From a virus (lineage: Duplodnaviria; Caudoviricetes): a DNA stretch of 64,000 nucleotides. The stretch's first letter is position 1. Every line of letters starts with the position of its first letter. Location: positions 22,925-86,924 of the IMG/VR virus record IMGVR_UViG_3300033519_000155; one strand, given 5' to 3'. The notes under the pieces were generated by a model, which ran no database searches, was not told the origin of the DNA, and worked only from the letters and a program-made list of their open reading frames with translations. This document shows, in pieces, positions 34,142 through 45,062 of the stretch. A program made the position numbers and the translations under genes.

Positions 34142-37100
34142 TTATAAAATACTCCTTCCGTAATACTTAGAAGCTATTACAGAATTTACTAATCCTCTTG
34201 TGTTCTGTTTAATATCTCCATTCGGTTTCACTGACTTATTATCAATATACGCATTATAAGAATTACCTTGTGCAGTTGCTAAAGATTTCTTTATGTCTCC
34301 CAAAAGTCCTGCTACTCCATCTTTTAATTCTGAGAAAAATTGTTTTGTTTCTCCAGAAGGCATTGTTACAGTTTGTTTGCTCTGTAAGTTTGCCATATTG
34401 TATCCTTCTTTCTGGACAAGTATATTTTGCGTTTGCACACCACTTACCATACCAGTTCTGAAGTAATTTGTAAAGTCCTCAACTGATTTTGCTACAAGTT
34501 TTGTTCCAAATCTTTCTCCTGCTTCTTGTGCCATTCTATCATTAGAAGGATTATCAAATCCATACAAAGGTTTAAATGTGTAAATTACTCCAGAACTTTG
34601 TTGACCTGAAGGACCAGAAATTGCACCGGGCATTTGTGGAGCTTGCCCTAATCCTGAAGAAACTGTTGCAGAATTTACTCCTATACCACTTACTGTAACA
34701 CCAATACCACTTAATCCTCCTGTTGCCTGTGTGGGTCTTCCCATATTTGCTTCATTTTGTGCTTGAATTAAAGGATTAAGTGTTTCTACTTGTGATTGAA
34801 TTGCCGCAGTTTGTTTGCTTAATATATCTGTTTGTTCTTTTAATACTTCATCATCTAATGTTCCTTGAATATTAGTATCAACAGTTTGATTTGGTTGACT
34901 AAACCTACTCCCAGTATCATTAAGCTGCTGTAATTTACCTTTATTTTTTTCTATTTCCGCATAATTAGCTTTGACCTGTGCTGCGTTATCATTAGCAATT
35001 TTAGTTGATATTTGAACATTATCAATTTGACTCTGTAAATCTGTTACAGATTTACCCAATGATTGATAAGTTGATAAAATACTTTTTCCTGTATCAGATA
35101 AATACTGACCCTGTTTTGCGTTTTCTTGAAGAACCAAACCAATTTTTCTGTATTCTTCTAACATTGCTTTAGTAGAGGACATTCTTTTAGCAAAATATAT
35201 TTCTTCAGAAATAATTTCTGCATCTACGAGCATACGTAAAAGTTCATCTTCTAAATCATATCTATCCTTTATTCTATTTAATTTTGCTTCATCTTCTTTA
35301 GACCAGAAAGTTGCTTCTTTGTCTAATTGCTCTTGCATTTTAGCTTCTTTATCAGTAATTCTTTTTGTTTCTGCTGCGTCTTTGTCTGCTATATATTTTT
35401 CTTCCAGAGCTTTTTTCTGAATTTGATACCATTCATCTACTTGATACCTGCTTAAACCCATAGCTTCATAAGCTTTTTTCTGTTTATCTAAAGACTCTAA
35501 AGCATTTTTATAGTCTATTTCATAAGCTCTATAATTTGCTTCTGCTATAGCATATTCTAATGCTTTTGCTGCTTCTGCTTTTTCTGCATCTTTAGCTTTC
35601 TGAGCTTCAACCATCTCAGTATAACGAGCTAAACTTGATTGATAAACCTCAGAATATTTACCTTTCATAGCTTCAGCGTAATCTTTATCTATTTCTGCCC
35701 TGCGTTTAGTGAACCATTCTTCTACTTTTACTCTTTCTATTCCACCCTGAAGATATTTTTGTGCTTGTTCTTTTGCAGAATAAATTGACTGTTCTCTGGA
35801 AAGTTCTTCATTACCTTTTTCCATTCGAGTCTTTTCCCAATAGAAATCTAAAGCGGTTTCTTTTCTTGTTCCTGCACTAATAATAGCATTTGTATTAACA
35901 CTATCAAGGAAACCATAAGGTTTTTTAGGGTCTTCAAAAGTTAAGAGTAAATCGGAAGAAATATCAGCAGATTTTTCAGTGTTTATGGTTGTTAACTTTG
36001 CCTGTGCTAAGATTGCATCAAGAGTCTTTGCTGCTTCTGATAATCCTGTTTCTATGATTGTGTAAGGAGAATAAGATTGAGTTTCCATACCAGAAGAAAC
36101 ATATCCACTCTCTCCAGTTTTTAAAGAAGAACCGTATTGTGCTACTGCTTCAACTGTCCCTGCTTTGAAATAATTTGCTAAATCCTGTGAACTTTTATTA
36201 ATAGTTTGTAAAGCCGTATCATATCCTGCCTTTATTGCCATAGCATCATTTACAGGGTCATCAAATCCTAAAATTTGAGCATTTGACAGAGTTTTGGTCG
36301 ATGCTTTTTGCCTACCACTAACTCCGGGAGGGGCATTTACTTTTATAGTGGTAGTTAAATCAACTTTAGTGGGTTCTTTTTGTGCTTCTATTAATTTCCC
36401 AAACATGTTATTTACATCAGGGTTATTCCACATGTTTTTTACTATATCTTCACGCTCGGAATATGATTTATTGGTAGAATATTGACTCCCACCTGAAATA
36501 GATGTGCTTTTATTAGATGTTCCTTTATTTTTTCCAAAAGCAGATAAGTCTAAAGTATTTAATGCTTCTGACATATCCATGAAGTTACCAAGACCACTTA
36601 CCTGCGGTGCAGTAATTGTATTTATAGTTCTGAGTGAATTTGCAAGTTCATTAGCGGATTTAACAGACCCATCAAGACCTGTTTTCATTGAATTAATATT
36701 TCCTGCTACACCTGTGGAAGCATCAGCAACAATACCTAATTCTTCTCCCATTTTTTGAATTGCTGTGTTTATGTCATTTGTTGAAGCAACACCATTTACC
36801 ATTGTAAAACCAAATTTTTGAAGTTCTGCCACATTCTTTTTTAAACTTTGATAATATGCTTCTTGTTCACCTGATAATTTATTTCCTGAATTTATAAAAT
36901 CTTGTGCTTTTTTTAACCATTCCAGAGCAGCAGGATTTACAGACTCTTTTAAATATCTTATAGCATTATTAGTAACTGTCTGAGCATTAATAGAAGTATC
37001 TCCCATAGCAACCCTTAATTTTTGAGAGTCTATATAATTAGCATAAGCTAAATCTGCTCGTTCACGTTCTTTTATAAGAATTTCTTTTAATTTATCATCA

Positions 37101-40100
37101 ACAGCATCTAAAGCTTGCTCTTCACTGGTATAACTTTTAATTAAGCTTTTAGCGTAACCATCAAGTTCTTGTCCTGCTTCAAGTTGAGCAATTAAGGGTT
37201 CAACCATATCTTTTTGTAGGTCTAAGGAAGCTTCTAAAATATCACGCTGTTTTAAAAGTAATTCAGTTTCTTGTTCTATAGTATAAGTTTTTGTAACATC
37301 TTGTTTTTTTGCTTCTTCAGTAGCTAAAAGAGCTAATTTTAAATCTTGCTCTTCTTTTACTAATCGTATTCTTTCATCTAATTCTTTTCTTGCAAAATCA
37401 CGTTCTAAAAGAAATCTTCTGCTTGCATAGTCCGAAGCAAGTTTAGTTTTATCAGTTTCATATTTAGCATATTCTTTAAATTCTTCCTGAAGAGCAAATA
37501 TAGCTTTTTTCTTTTCAATATCTATAGACTGGAAGTTATTAGTTCCACCGGAAGCAATTTTACTTGCCATTTCTAATCTTATCTTATAAGTATCAATAGC
37601 AAGTTTTTTCATTCCATCTGCTATAGATTTTTCTATTGCTAATCTTCTTTCAGCATCATCTTTAAATTCTCCTGCGTATTTATGCATGTAACCTTCGATA
37701 GCTTTATAGTAGTCTGCTTGTGTTATTTTACCATCTGCAAGTTTTTCAGTTTGGAATTTTGTAAAATCTTGGAAAGAAGTTTGGGAAAGCTGATTTAATT
37801 TTGTTTCTGCTTTTGCTAAATCTTCAGGAACTTTTTCTAATTCTTTTCTATGAGTATCAATATAGGTTTTTTGGGCATCATAGAATTGTCTTGAATTAAT
37901 TATTCCTTGTTTATATGCCCCCTCATGAGTTTTTGTAAAAAAGTTTAGACCATCAGAGATAGATTGAATATACTCTTTATTTGCTTTTTCAGATAAAGCT
38001 GTGGAAGTATTTGTAGCATCTCCACCTTTAATAGCTAAATCTAAAGTTTTAGCAAAAAGTCTATTTTTTTCTTCTCTAGTTTTATTACTTTCATTATCAA
38101 GCACTTTTTGTTCATGCAGGAGTGCTATATGTTTAGGAGTATCTTTTAGTCCAGCTTTTTCTAATTTTTCTAAATCTGTTTTTATAATTTTTGCTTTGGC
38201 ATCTTGGGCAATAATAGTTTGGTCAACAAATAGTAATTTATTTTTAGACTCTTTATATTCTATAGTAATATTATTTAGATTTTCAAATGTCTTTGCATGA
38301 TGTTCTGCCTGTTTTGTGTAATTTTCATAATCTGCCTGAGTAACAAGAGCAGTTTTTTGACCTTTAAAATCACTTAATACTTTAGCTAAAGCAACATCTA
38401 ATTTTTTCTTTTCTTTTTCAAAAAGTTTATCAAATTCTACTTCAACACCTGCATCCATCTTATAATTTCTAGAAAAAGTCGCTGCTTTAGAAGTATCTTT
38501 TGTATCAGATTGGTAAGTTTTCATATTTCGGAGCATTGCAAGTCTGTTAAAAGCTATGCCTGTTTCATTTGCACCTTGATTTTTTGAGTATATGTCAGCT
38601 TCTTTTAAAGCATCTTTAACAAAAGTTTGCATTTTTCCTGCATTATCTAGGGTTTTTACTTGTGGTGTTATACCTTTCCCTACTACAGAAGATTTACCTT
38701 TGTCTAGCATATCAAATGCTTTAGTTTTCCAGTCTTGAAATATGTTTGTAGTTACAGTTATGTCTTTTAAAATACCTTCAATTTGAGAAAGTAATTTTTT
38801 TCTACCTGTGTTAGAGTCGAATTGTTCTGAAGGAGCTTTTTTTATTTGCGTGTGTGCTTTTTCTAAAAGTTCAACCCCTATTTTATATTTTTCATTTAAT
38901 TCTGTCCACGTTTCTAAATCTTTTTTACTTAATTCTACACCATCAGTTTTTAATTTATTTAATCTTGTATAATTAGCAAATTGTTCTTTATTTTCACCTA
39001 AGTCAGTTAAAATATTTTTTGTGCCCTCAAGTAAAGTTGTGCGTTTAAAAGGGTCTTTTTTGTCAGGAGAAAAATAAATAGGTGTATTATTAAATTTCAT
39101 ACCACTTTTTTTCATTAGGGGGTTTTCATCTGACGTGAACGGAGTAATATCTAAAGGTGTTTGTGCATACTCTTCTCGTTCAAATTCTTTTAAATATGTG
39201 GGGTTTAATCCAGAAAAATCAGGTTTTTTAGTTAATTTAAAACCTTGATTATCCATTTTTTCTTTAAAATAATTACGTTGTGCTGCTTTATCTAAATCTA
39301 CAAAAGCACCATATATAGCTTCACCAGTATCATAAAGAATTTTATTAAACACTGAAGATTTTTCAAAAGTATTTTTTATATTAGACAAAGCTGTAGGTCT
39401 TGAATTTGTTCCTAAAGTATCAATAACATTTTTAGTATTAGCAACATTATCAGATAGGGATTGAGGTATTGTTGACCCCTCAGTTTTTATTTGTAAAGGG
39501 GTTTTATTTACTTCTAAAATAGAGTCTTTAAGGTCTCTTACACTTTTATCTAAATTTTTAACTTCATCAGTTACGTGTAGTTTTTTTGCCCCTAAATAAA
39601 TTAATGCCTGTGTAGCTTCTTCTGTTTTAATTTTTGTTTCCAAAGCAGCTAAAGAAATACCTCCTAATACTGTTGCTATGGCAGCAGCACCTAATGTAAA
39701 AGGTAAAACTCTTGAAATTGTTGTATATAAACTAATTAATGTAGATTGAACACCTATTAATTTCATGCCTGATGATGCTGCTAATGCTTGGGCATGAGCA
39801 ATTGCAGTATAAGCTTGTATTAATGTTCCACCTGCGGCAGCAGCAGCAAATAATTTTTGCCCTATCTGTGACATGGCATAACCAGAATATAAAATTCCAC
39901 CTGCAAGATTTTTATATGCTAAAGGTGCTTTATTTAATTCCATTACTAAATCAGTTAATGATAAAGTTATACTTCTAAATTGGGGTAATACTACCTGTGC
40001 CATCGAGTCTGCTAAAGCTTCTTGGGCATCTTGTAAATTTGATACTGCTATTTTATAGGTATTAGACATTCTCTGCATAGCACCTTTAGAACTATCTTCA

Positions 40101-41179
40101 ATGTATGCCATTAAAGCAGTATTCATTGCTTGCATGTCAGTAATTTGTCCACGAGCGTTTATAACAGTTTCACCAGTCATTTCTTTAGCTTTTGCAGCAA
40201 TCATTTGTTTTGTTATACCAAAACCATTTTTCAAACGAACATACATACCATTCATGGCATCTGCTACTGCTTGTGTTGCTCTTGGGAGGGGTTGAGAGAA
40301 CGCAGTTGCTAAATCACCAACAACAGTAACCATATCTTTTGTATCTTTTTTAAATGACCCAGCAAACATTTTTAATCTTGCATAAGAACCCATAATTTCT
40401 GTAACTTGGAAAGGAGTTCTGATTGCTTCTGCTTTTATCCAAGCAATAGTTTCTTCAGTTTTTTGCACATCTCCACCATAAGATGTGAGTAATCTTGTTC
40501 TTAAAGATTGGAATAAATTACCAACTCTAACAACCTCATTTGTTACTCTTGCAAAACCGTTTGCAACACCATCCATTACAACACGAGCTTGTTGCAAAGC
40601 GTGAACATTAGCTTGTTCTGCTATTCCTTTTAATTCTTCTTTACTTTTTGCTAACGCTTTATTTTGGTTTTCAACTGCCTTTGTAGCTTTATCTTCAGCT
40701 TTAGCAAATTCATTAGCGGATTTTGTTCTTTCAGAAGCAGTTTGTTTTGCTGTTTTCATTTGGTTATTTAATATTTGTGTTTGTGCATTTAATTGTGTAA
40801 TTTTTAACTGTTCATCTTTTAAAATTTGTTTTGAGTCCAATAATTCTTTGTTTACGAGAGCTAATTTTGCTGCTGTTAATTTTACTGACCCGTCTAGATG
40901 ATTTTGTATTTGTTTTTCTAATGTTCTTATATTTGTTTTTTCTAGAGAAATATTATGATTTACTCCAGCAATGGTTCTTTCTTGTGTTAATTTTAATTCT
41001 TCAATTCTAGCAACTTCTTTTGCTGCTCGACCTAATTTATTTTGTGCTAATACATTATTTATATTCGCAGTTCTTTGTTGTGCATTTAGAGCCTCTAGTT
41101 TTACACCTGCATCTTTAATTGAGTCAATTAAACTGTTTGCTCTTGCTGTAAAGCGTAAAATAATATCTACTTGGTTCAT
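34142..41179 (-). CDS. Tape measure protein
   Basis: 2345 aa, Ala-rich coiled coil; tape-measure domain AIRTPFQVTEIMGSYARLK; hydrophobic segments. Confidence 0.93.
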   Translation of the reverse strand: MNQVDIILRFTARANSLIDSIKDAGVKLEALNAQQRTANINNVLAQNKLGRAAKEVARIEELKLTQERTIAGVNHNISLEKTNIRTLEKQIQNHLDGSVKLTAAKLALVNKELLDSKQILKDEQLKITQLNAQTQILNNQMKTAKQTASERTKSANEFAKAEDKATKAVENQNKALAKSKEELKGIAEQANVHALQQARVVMDGVANGFARVTNEVVRVGNLFQSLRTRLLTSYGGDVQKTEETIAWIKAEAIRTPFQVTEIMGSYARLKMFAGSFKKDTKDMVTVVGDLATAFSQPLPRATQAVADAMNGMYVRLKNGFGITKQMIAAKAKEMTGETVINARGQITDMQAMNTALMAYIEDSSKGAMQRMSNTYKIAVSNLQDAQEALADSMAQVVLPQFRSITLSLTDLVMELNKAPLAYKNLAGGILYSGYAMSQIGQKLFAAAAAGGTLIQAYTAIAHAQALAASSGMKLIGVQSTLISLYTTISRVLPFTLGAAAIATVLGGISLAALETKIKTEEATQALIYLGAKKLHVTDEVKNLDKSVRDLKDSILEVNKTPLQIKTEGSTIPQSLSDNVANTKNVIDTLGTNSRPTALSNIKNTFEKSSVFNKILYDTGEAIYGAFVDLDKAAQRNYFKEKMDNQGFKLTKKPDFSGLNPTYLKEFEREEYAQTPLDITPFTSDENPLMKKSGMKFNNTPIYFSPDKKDPFKRTTLLEGTKNILTDLGENKEQFANYTRLNKLKTDGVELSKKDLETWTELNEKYKIGVELLEKAHTQIKKAPSEQFDSNTGRKKLLSQIEGILKDITVTTNIFQDWKTKAFDMLDKGKSSVVGKGITPQVKTLDNAGKMQTFVKDALKEADIYSKNQGANETGIAFNRLAMLRNMKTYQSDTKDTSKAATFSRNYKMDAGVEVEFDKLFEKEKKKLDVALAKVLSDFKGQKTALVTQADYENYTKQAEHHAKTFENLNNITIEYKESKNKLLFVDQTIIAQDAKAKIIKTDLEKLEKAGLKDTPKHIALLHEQKVLDNESNKTREEKNRLFAKTLDLAIKGGDATNTSTALSEKANKEYIQSISDGLNFFTKTHEGAYKQGIINSRQFYDAQKTYIDTHRKELEKVPEDLAKAETKLNQLSQTSFQDFTKFQTEKLADGKITQADYYKAIEGYMHKYAGEFKDDAERRLAIEKSIADGMKKLAIDTYKIRLEMASKIASGGTNNFQSIDIEKKKAIFALQEEFKEYAKYETDKTKLASDYASRRFLLERDFARKELDERIRLVKEEQDLKLALLATEEAKKQDVTKTYTIEQETELLLKQRDILEASLDLQKDMVEPLIAQLEAGQELDGYAKSLIKSYTSEEQALDAVDDKLKEILIKERERADLAYANYIDSQKLRVAMGDTSINAQTVTNNAIRYLKESVNPAALEWLKKAQDFINSGNKLSGEQEAYYQSLKKNVAELQKFGFTMVNGVASTNDINTAIQKMGEELGIVADASTGVAGNINSMKTGLDGSVKSANELANSLRTINTITAPQVSGLGNFMDMSEALNTLDLSAFGKNKGTSNKSTSISGGSQYSTNKSYSEREDIVKNMWNNPDVNNMFGKLIEAQKEPTKVDLTTTIKVNAPPGVSGRQKASTKTLSNAQILGFDDPVNDAMAIKAGYDTALQTINKSSQDLANYFKAGTVEAVAQYGSSLKTGESGYVSSGMETQSYSPYTIIETGLSEAAKTLDAILAQAKLTTINTEKSADISSDLLLTFEDPKKPYGFLDSVNTNAIISAGTRKETALDFYWEKTRMEKGNEELSREQSIYSAKEQAQKYLQGGIERVKVEEWFTKRRAEIDKDYAEAMKGKYSEVYQSSLARYTEMVEAQKAKDAEKAEAAKALEYAIAEANYRAYEIDYKNALESLDKQKKAYEAMGLSRYQVDEWYQIQKKALEEKYIADKDAAETKRITDKEAKMQEQLDKEATFWSKEDEAKLNRIKDRYDLEDELLRMLVDAEIISEEIYFAKRMSSTKAMLEEYRKIGLVLQENAKQGQYLSDTGKSILSTYQSLGKSVTDLQSQIDNVQISTKIANDNAAQVKANYAEIEKNKGKLQQLNDTGSRFSQPNQTVDTNIQGTLDDEVLKEQTDILSKQTAAIQSQVETLNPLIQAQNEANMGRPTQATGGLSGIGVTVSGIGVNSATVSSGLGQAPQMPGAISGPSGQQSSGVIYTFKPLYGFDNPSNDRMAQEAGERFGTKLVAKSVEDFTNYFRTGMVSGVQTQNILVQKEGYNMANLQSKQTVTMPSGETKQFFSELKDGVAGLLGDIKKSLATAQGNSYNAYIDNKSVKPNGDIKQNTRGLVNSVIASKYYGRSIL

Positions 41180-41194
41180 TTATCAAAACTCCTT

Positions 41195-41773
41195 CTAATT
41201 AGAGTGTGGGGCAGTTCTATACTTATCAACTGGTGTATTGATAAGGTTCTTATGCGTATCTGAGTTTTTATATTTACTAATTAAACTCTGAAATTCAGAC
41301 TCAGTATTTTTAGATTTTTTTGTTTCCTTATTAGGAGAATTTTCTTCATCTTTATGTAATACTTTGTCAACTTTTTGGTCTTTTGCACTAATTAAGTTTG
41401 ACCACCAGAGAATTTGATTTAAAGAAAATTTTTCTGCTAATTCCACAGGGTCTTTTTTCCATCTATCACATAGACTTTCTAAACATTCGTCTAATGTAAC
41501 AGAATAAGAATTTTCGCTCTCTTCTAATGGTTGAAGTTCTACAGGTGCATTAACTGTATCTTTTGCAACTAAAATAAGAGCTAATTCTTCTGTGTCTAAT
41601 GTTAAGAGTTCTTCCGTTGTAAGTTCAGGGCAAAGAAATTGGGTCTGAGCTATTGGATTATCTTCTACATCACAAAGGTAAGTAAATTTTAAAGATTGCA
41701 AATAGGAAAACTCAGTTACAAGAACCTTTTTTCCAGACTTTAATTCTACTTCTATTGCTCGTAAAAAATACAT
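41195..41773 (-). CDS. Tail assembly chaperone
   Basis: Lies between tube genes and TMP. Confidence 0.7.
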   Translation of the reverse strand: MYFLRAIEVELKSGKKVLVTEFSYLQSLKFTYLCDVEDNPIAQTQFLCPELTTEELLTLDTEELALILVAKDTVNAPVELQPLEESENSYSVTLDECLESLCDRWKKDPVELAEKFSLNQILWWSNLISAKDQKVDKVLHKDEENSPNKETKKSKNTESEFQSLISKYKNSDTHKNLINTPVDKYRTAPHSN

Positions 41774-41801
41774 AGTTCAGACCCATTTCTTTATTCCTTA
41801 A

Positions 41802-42641
41802 TTAGAGATTTTCTTTCTCTATATCAAACTTTGCATATCCCATTGGATAATCAGCATTTGCAGGATTTTCGTCAAATACTGCTTCGATTGTTGCATCGAG
41901 TATCCATATATCATCCTGATTAACAGTTAAGTTACCTGCTGTGGACTCTGCTTTTGGTATCCAGATAATAACTTTCTTATTTGATTTTGCATCAACAGCT
42001 TCAAATAAAAGTTCATTCTGTCCGGGAAGCAGACCTTTAGGATTAAGAGCAATTTCTTTTCCTGCATCAGGAATACATTTGTATTTGCATCTGACTAAGG
42101 AATTTTCTGTTAATGCTCCACCTGCTATAGCAAGAATTTCACCAAGTTTCGGGTCAAGTATATAATCTGTTCCAGAAACTAAGAGTGTTCCTGTTGTTGC
42201 TGTTCTGCTTGCAACCTTTGTGAATACTGGAACATCAACTGCTGTTACTAAATTCTTATGGTCGAGCTTCAATGATACGAAATCTCCACCACCACGTCTT
42301 GTAGCAGTTAAAAGCTGTTGGTCAACGAGGTCTGTTTTCCACCATGCATCATATTCATTAAGACCTGTCCATATTTTTATGTTAGACTGTGCAACACCGA
42401 TTGCTTCACAGTAATTTTCGGGAGAAATTTGCATCATTTTAGGTTTTAATCTGAAATATGCAGAAGTCGGGATTGAACCTACCTGAACCTGCGGTGTGTT
42501 TGACTCAACAACTTTAGCTTCAAGACCAACTTCAACTCCAACATCACCTTGCAGATAACCAACATGTCTGTTGTTTAAATACAAAGCTCCCCCACCTAAT
42601 TTCATATTATCGAAAGTTTTATAATTTGCAAAGGGTTTCAT
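41802..42641 (-). CDS. Major tail (tube) protein, paralog 1
   Basis: KLGGGALYLNNRHVGY...VIIWIPKA...LDATIEAV; inserted domain. Confidence 0.8.
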   Translation of the reverse strand: MKPFANYKTFDNMKLGGGALYLNNRHVGYLQGDVGVEVGLEAKVVESNTPQVQVGSIPTSAYFRLKPKMMQISPENYCEAIGVAQSNIKIWTGLNEYDAWWKTDLVDQQLLTATRRGGGDFVSLKLDHKNLVTAVDVPVFTKVASRTATTGTLLVSGTDYILDPKLGEILAIAGGALTENSLVRCKYKCIPDAGKEIALNPKGLLPGQNELLFEAVDAKSNKKVIIWIPKAESTAGNLTVNQDDIWILDATIEAVFDENPANADYPMGYAKFDIEKENL

Positions 42642-42658
42642 TTAGATTGACTCCTTTC

Positions 42659-43606
42659 TTAGTCTAACCAAGTAATTCTACCGTAAGAGTAATTACCTCT
42701 GTCAGGGTCATAAAAACCATTGAGTTTGAGGTCTAATGCGGTATAATCGACTGGATTAAAGCTCATAGTTGTTGCGTTTGCTTGCATTTTGAAGCTTTCA
42801 AAACGAATTTTTCTACCATCAGTAGGTTTTCTGTGTTCCATGAAGATGTCTGCATATGCAAGAACAAAAGCATCGGGATTAAAGTCAAAACGCTGTTGTG
42901 AAAGTTCTGTATATTGATACATTACATTCACTACTACACCATTTGGTATTCCTCCAGATGGTTTAACTTTAAAGAGTCCAGCTTTTTTGTCGAGCAAAGT
43001 ATCAGATAAAAGATATTTTGCTGTGTGGTCAGCATTATAAAGAACTGGAGAATTACCTGCTGCAATATTACAATGGTCTGTCTGGAATTCAATTAAATCT
43101 CCACCAGAAAGTTTGCTTGTTGTGTGTGCTTCTGTTGGATAGAGTCCACAAGTCCATGTTATATCACCATCAACAACTGTTGCACCAACTACTGTTGGGA
43201 ACGTGGGTTCTGTTGCACCTGTATCTCCACTACCACCTGCGGTATAACAGAAACCATTTAATACTGTTGGTTCTATTACATCACCTGCTGTTATTGCTGC
43301 TACTGCTGACCATTCTGTAATAACTTTCCAGAAAGTTGCAATGGTTGAACCAACTAAGTCCTTTAATGCACTGTCTTTTAATCCCATAGCTAATAAAAGA
43401 TTTAGTGGTTTTATTTCTTTTAATGATGTTCCTGCGTTTACGGTAATTTTGGTTTTTACTTTTCCAATTCTTCTTTTAGGTGTTAAAGCATCATAAGGTT
43501 TGTATTCTATAGCTGCTTGAATACTTGAACCATCGGAATAACCAACAGACCTACCATTAGCTTTCATGTCTAACTCACCTAAAGTTACTTCCATAAAGTC
43601 TTCCAT
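42659..43606 (-). CDS. Major tail (tube) protein, paralog 2, with CBM-like insert
   Basis: LGELDMKANGRSVGY; insert WSAVAAITAGDVIEPTVLNG...EPTFPT...DGDITW. Confidence 0.75.
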   Translation of the reverse strand: MEDFMEVTLGELDMKANGRSVGYSDGSSIQAAIEYKPYDALTPKRRIGKVKTKITVNAGTSLKEIKPLNLLLAMGLKDSALKDLVGSTIATFWKVITEWSAVAAITAGDVIEPTVLNGFCYTAGGSGDTGATEPTFPTVVGATVVDGDITWTCGLYPTEAHTTSKLSGGDLIEFQTDHCNIAAGNSPVLYNADHTAKYLLSDTLLDKKAGLFKVKPSGGIPNGVVVNVMYQYTELSQQRFDFNPDAFVLAYADIFMEHRKPTDGRKIRFESFKMQANATTMSFNPVDYTALDLKLNGFYDPDRGNYSYGRITWLD

Positions 43607-43627
43607 TTGATTTCCTCCTTTTATTAA

Positions 43628-44101
43628 TTAATCGTAAAATTCTATTTCCACTGGTATAAACATACCAAGATAGAGAATTTCCTGTAAATTTTGGTTTAAT
43701 ACTCCTTGTTGTGAAGGACTTAACTTAATTATAATATTTTTTCCATTTACACTAGGAGAAGGAATTTCTAATAATTTTTTATAAACAGATTTATAAACTA
43801 AATCTCTTAATGCTCTTAATGTAGTTCTTAAATTTACATTTCGGGTTATTATATGAATATCCCCAACAAAATTATATCTAAATGAAGGAGTGGGTAACAT
43901 ACCTTTTAAATTCTCTTCTCCCTCAGTAAAATTCAACATTATTAAAGGAAATTGGGCATCTTTAAAATACAAACTTAAATAATCTGTTTTTGAAATCATA
44001 GCAATATAATGTTCTGTTCCAACAACTGTTACATTAGGTATAGTTTGTAATCTAGTTATTAACGCATCTTCTACTTCATTTAGCATTAATCTTGCCCCCA
44101 T
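43628..44101 (-). CDS. Tail terminator-like protein
   Basis: EVEDALITRLQ...FPLIMLNF; position. Confidence 0.6.
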   Translation of the reverse strand: MGARLMLNEVEDALITRLQTIPNVTVVGTEHYIAMISKTDYLSLYFKDAQFPLIMLNFTEGEENLKGMLPTPSFRYNFVGDIHIITRNVNLRTTLRALRDLVYKSVYKKLLEIPSPSVNGKNIIIKLSPSQQGVLNQNLQEILYLGMFIPVEIEFYD

Positions 44102-44652
44102 TTTCCAATTTTTTCAAATCCTATTTTTGCACCTGTTCCAATTTCCCAATTATTAGTAGTTTTTCTTTTTCTTGTAGAAAGAATATTATCTACGTGCTGT
44201 TGAACTTTTTCATTCACTATTCTATCTACATCTGCTTCAGGATAACCTATGTAAGGTCTTTCTGGTATTGGTGCATGGTGCTTGTTAAAAAGTAAATTTT
44301 TTCTATTTCCAAATTGCTGAATTCCCATATAAAATAATCTTGCTCTAAATGTTAAAGAAGAAGCTCTAACGTCCCAAGAACCTACTGCTCGTATTTCGCT
44401 TAATAATCTTCCAGAGTCATTTAATAATGCTGTGCTATTAGTAGGATTATTTTTTCTTTTCTTTCTTATATAGAGAGTAGAGTCCTGTATTCCCGGAAAA
44501 GGTTTACCATCAATATCTACTTCGTTTGCAATGTTTTGTTCTGCTTTATAGATAAGGTCATTCTTTAAAGTTTTAAAGAAATCTGCCATTCGGAGATTTC
44601 CTAATTCTTTTAATCCTGATGTATCAGCACTAATAATAAAACCAAACATCAT
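44086..44652 (-). CDS. Phage virion morphogenesis (tail completion) protein
   Basis: LLNDSGRL...YMGIQQFG...IPERPYIG. Confidence 0.85.
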   Translation of the reverse strand: MMFGFIISADTSGLKELGNLRMADFFKTLKNDLIYKAEQNIANEVDIDGKPFPGIQDSTLYIRKKRKNNPTNSTALLNDSGRLLSEIRAVGSWDVRASSLTFRARLFYMGIQQFGNRKNLLFNKHHAPIPERPYIGYPEADVDRIVNEKVQQHVDNILSTRKRKTTNNWEIGTGAKIGFEKIGKWGQD

Positions 44653-44661
44653 TAAACCCCT

Positions 44662-45057
44662 TTACAGTAAAAGTTCCTGTGCGTGAATATATAATCCAAG
44701 AAAGTCCTTTTCCAGAACACTGGAAGCATTTTTAATATTAAATTCAGCATCTTTTACAATATTCCTTATTTTATAAGTTTTTGTATTTCCTAAAGGAGTA
44801 ATTATTTGTAATTTATCTTGGTCAGTAATTGTTAGTCCTTCATCGACAAGATATTTTTTAGGAAAATAAAACAACATTAAGTCAGTGGACATTTGTAAAC
44901 CTGTGTCCATTGTGTCGTTATAAAGACCTACTATATCATAATTTTTATCTGCTTTAGCATCACAAATATAAACTAAAGGTTTTGCTAAAGGCATATGTCT
45001 TTCGTAGGTGCTCAATTGTAATTGAGTAAATTCTTGCCGAGTAAAAGCATATAACAT
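44662..45057 (-). CDS. Head-closure/stopper protein
   Basis: Size and position; GLTITDQDKL...YKIRNI. Confidence 0.55.
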   Translation of the reverse strand: MLYAFTRQEFTQLQLSTYERHMPLAKPLVYICDAKADKNYDIVGLYNDTMDTGLQMSTDLMLFYFPKKYLVDEGLTITDQDKLQIITPLGNTKTYKIRNIVKDAEFNIKNASSVLEKDFLGLYIHAQELLL

Positions 45058-45062
45058 TTAAT

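Noticed and set aside
41195-41773. Programmed frameshift in the tail chaperone
   Set aside because: A single ORF fills the whole tube-to-TMP interval, so no second frame is needed.
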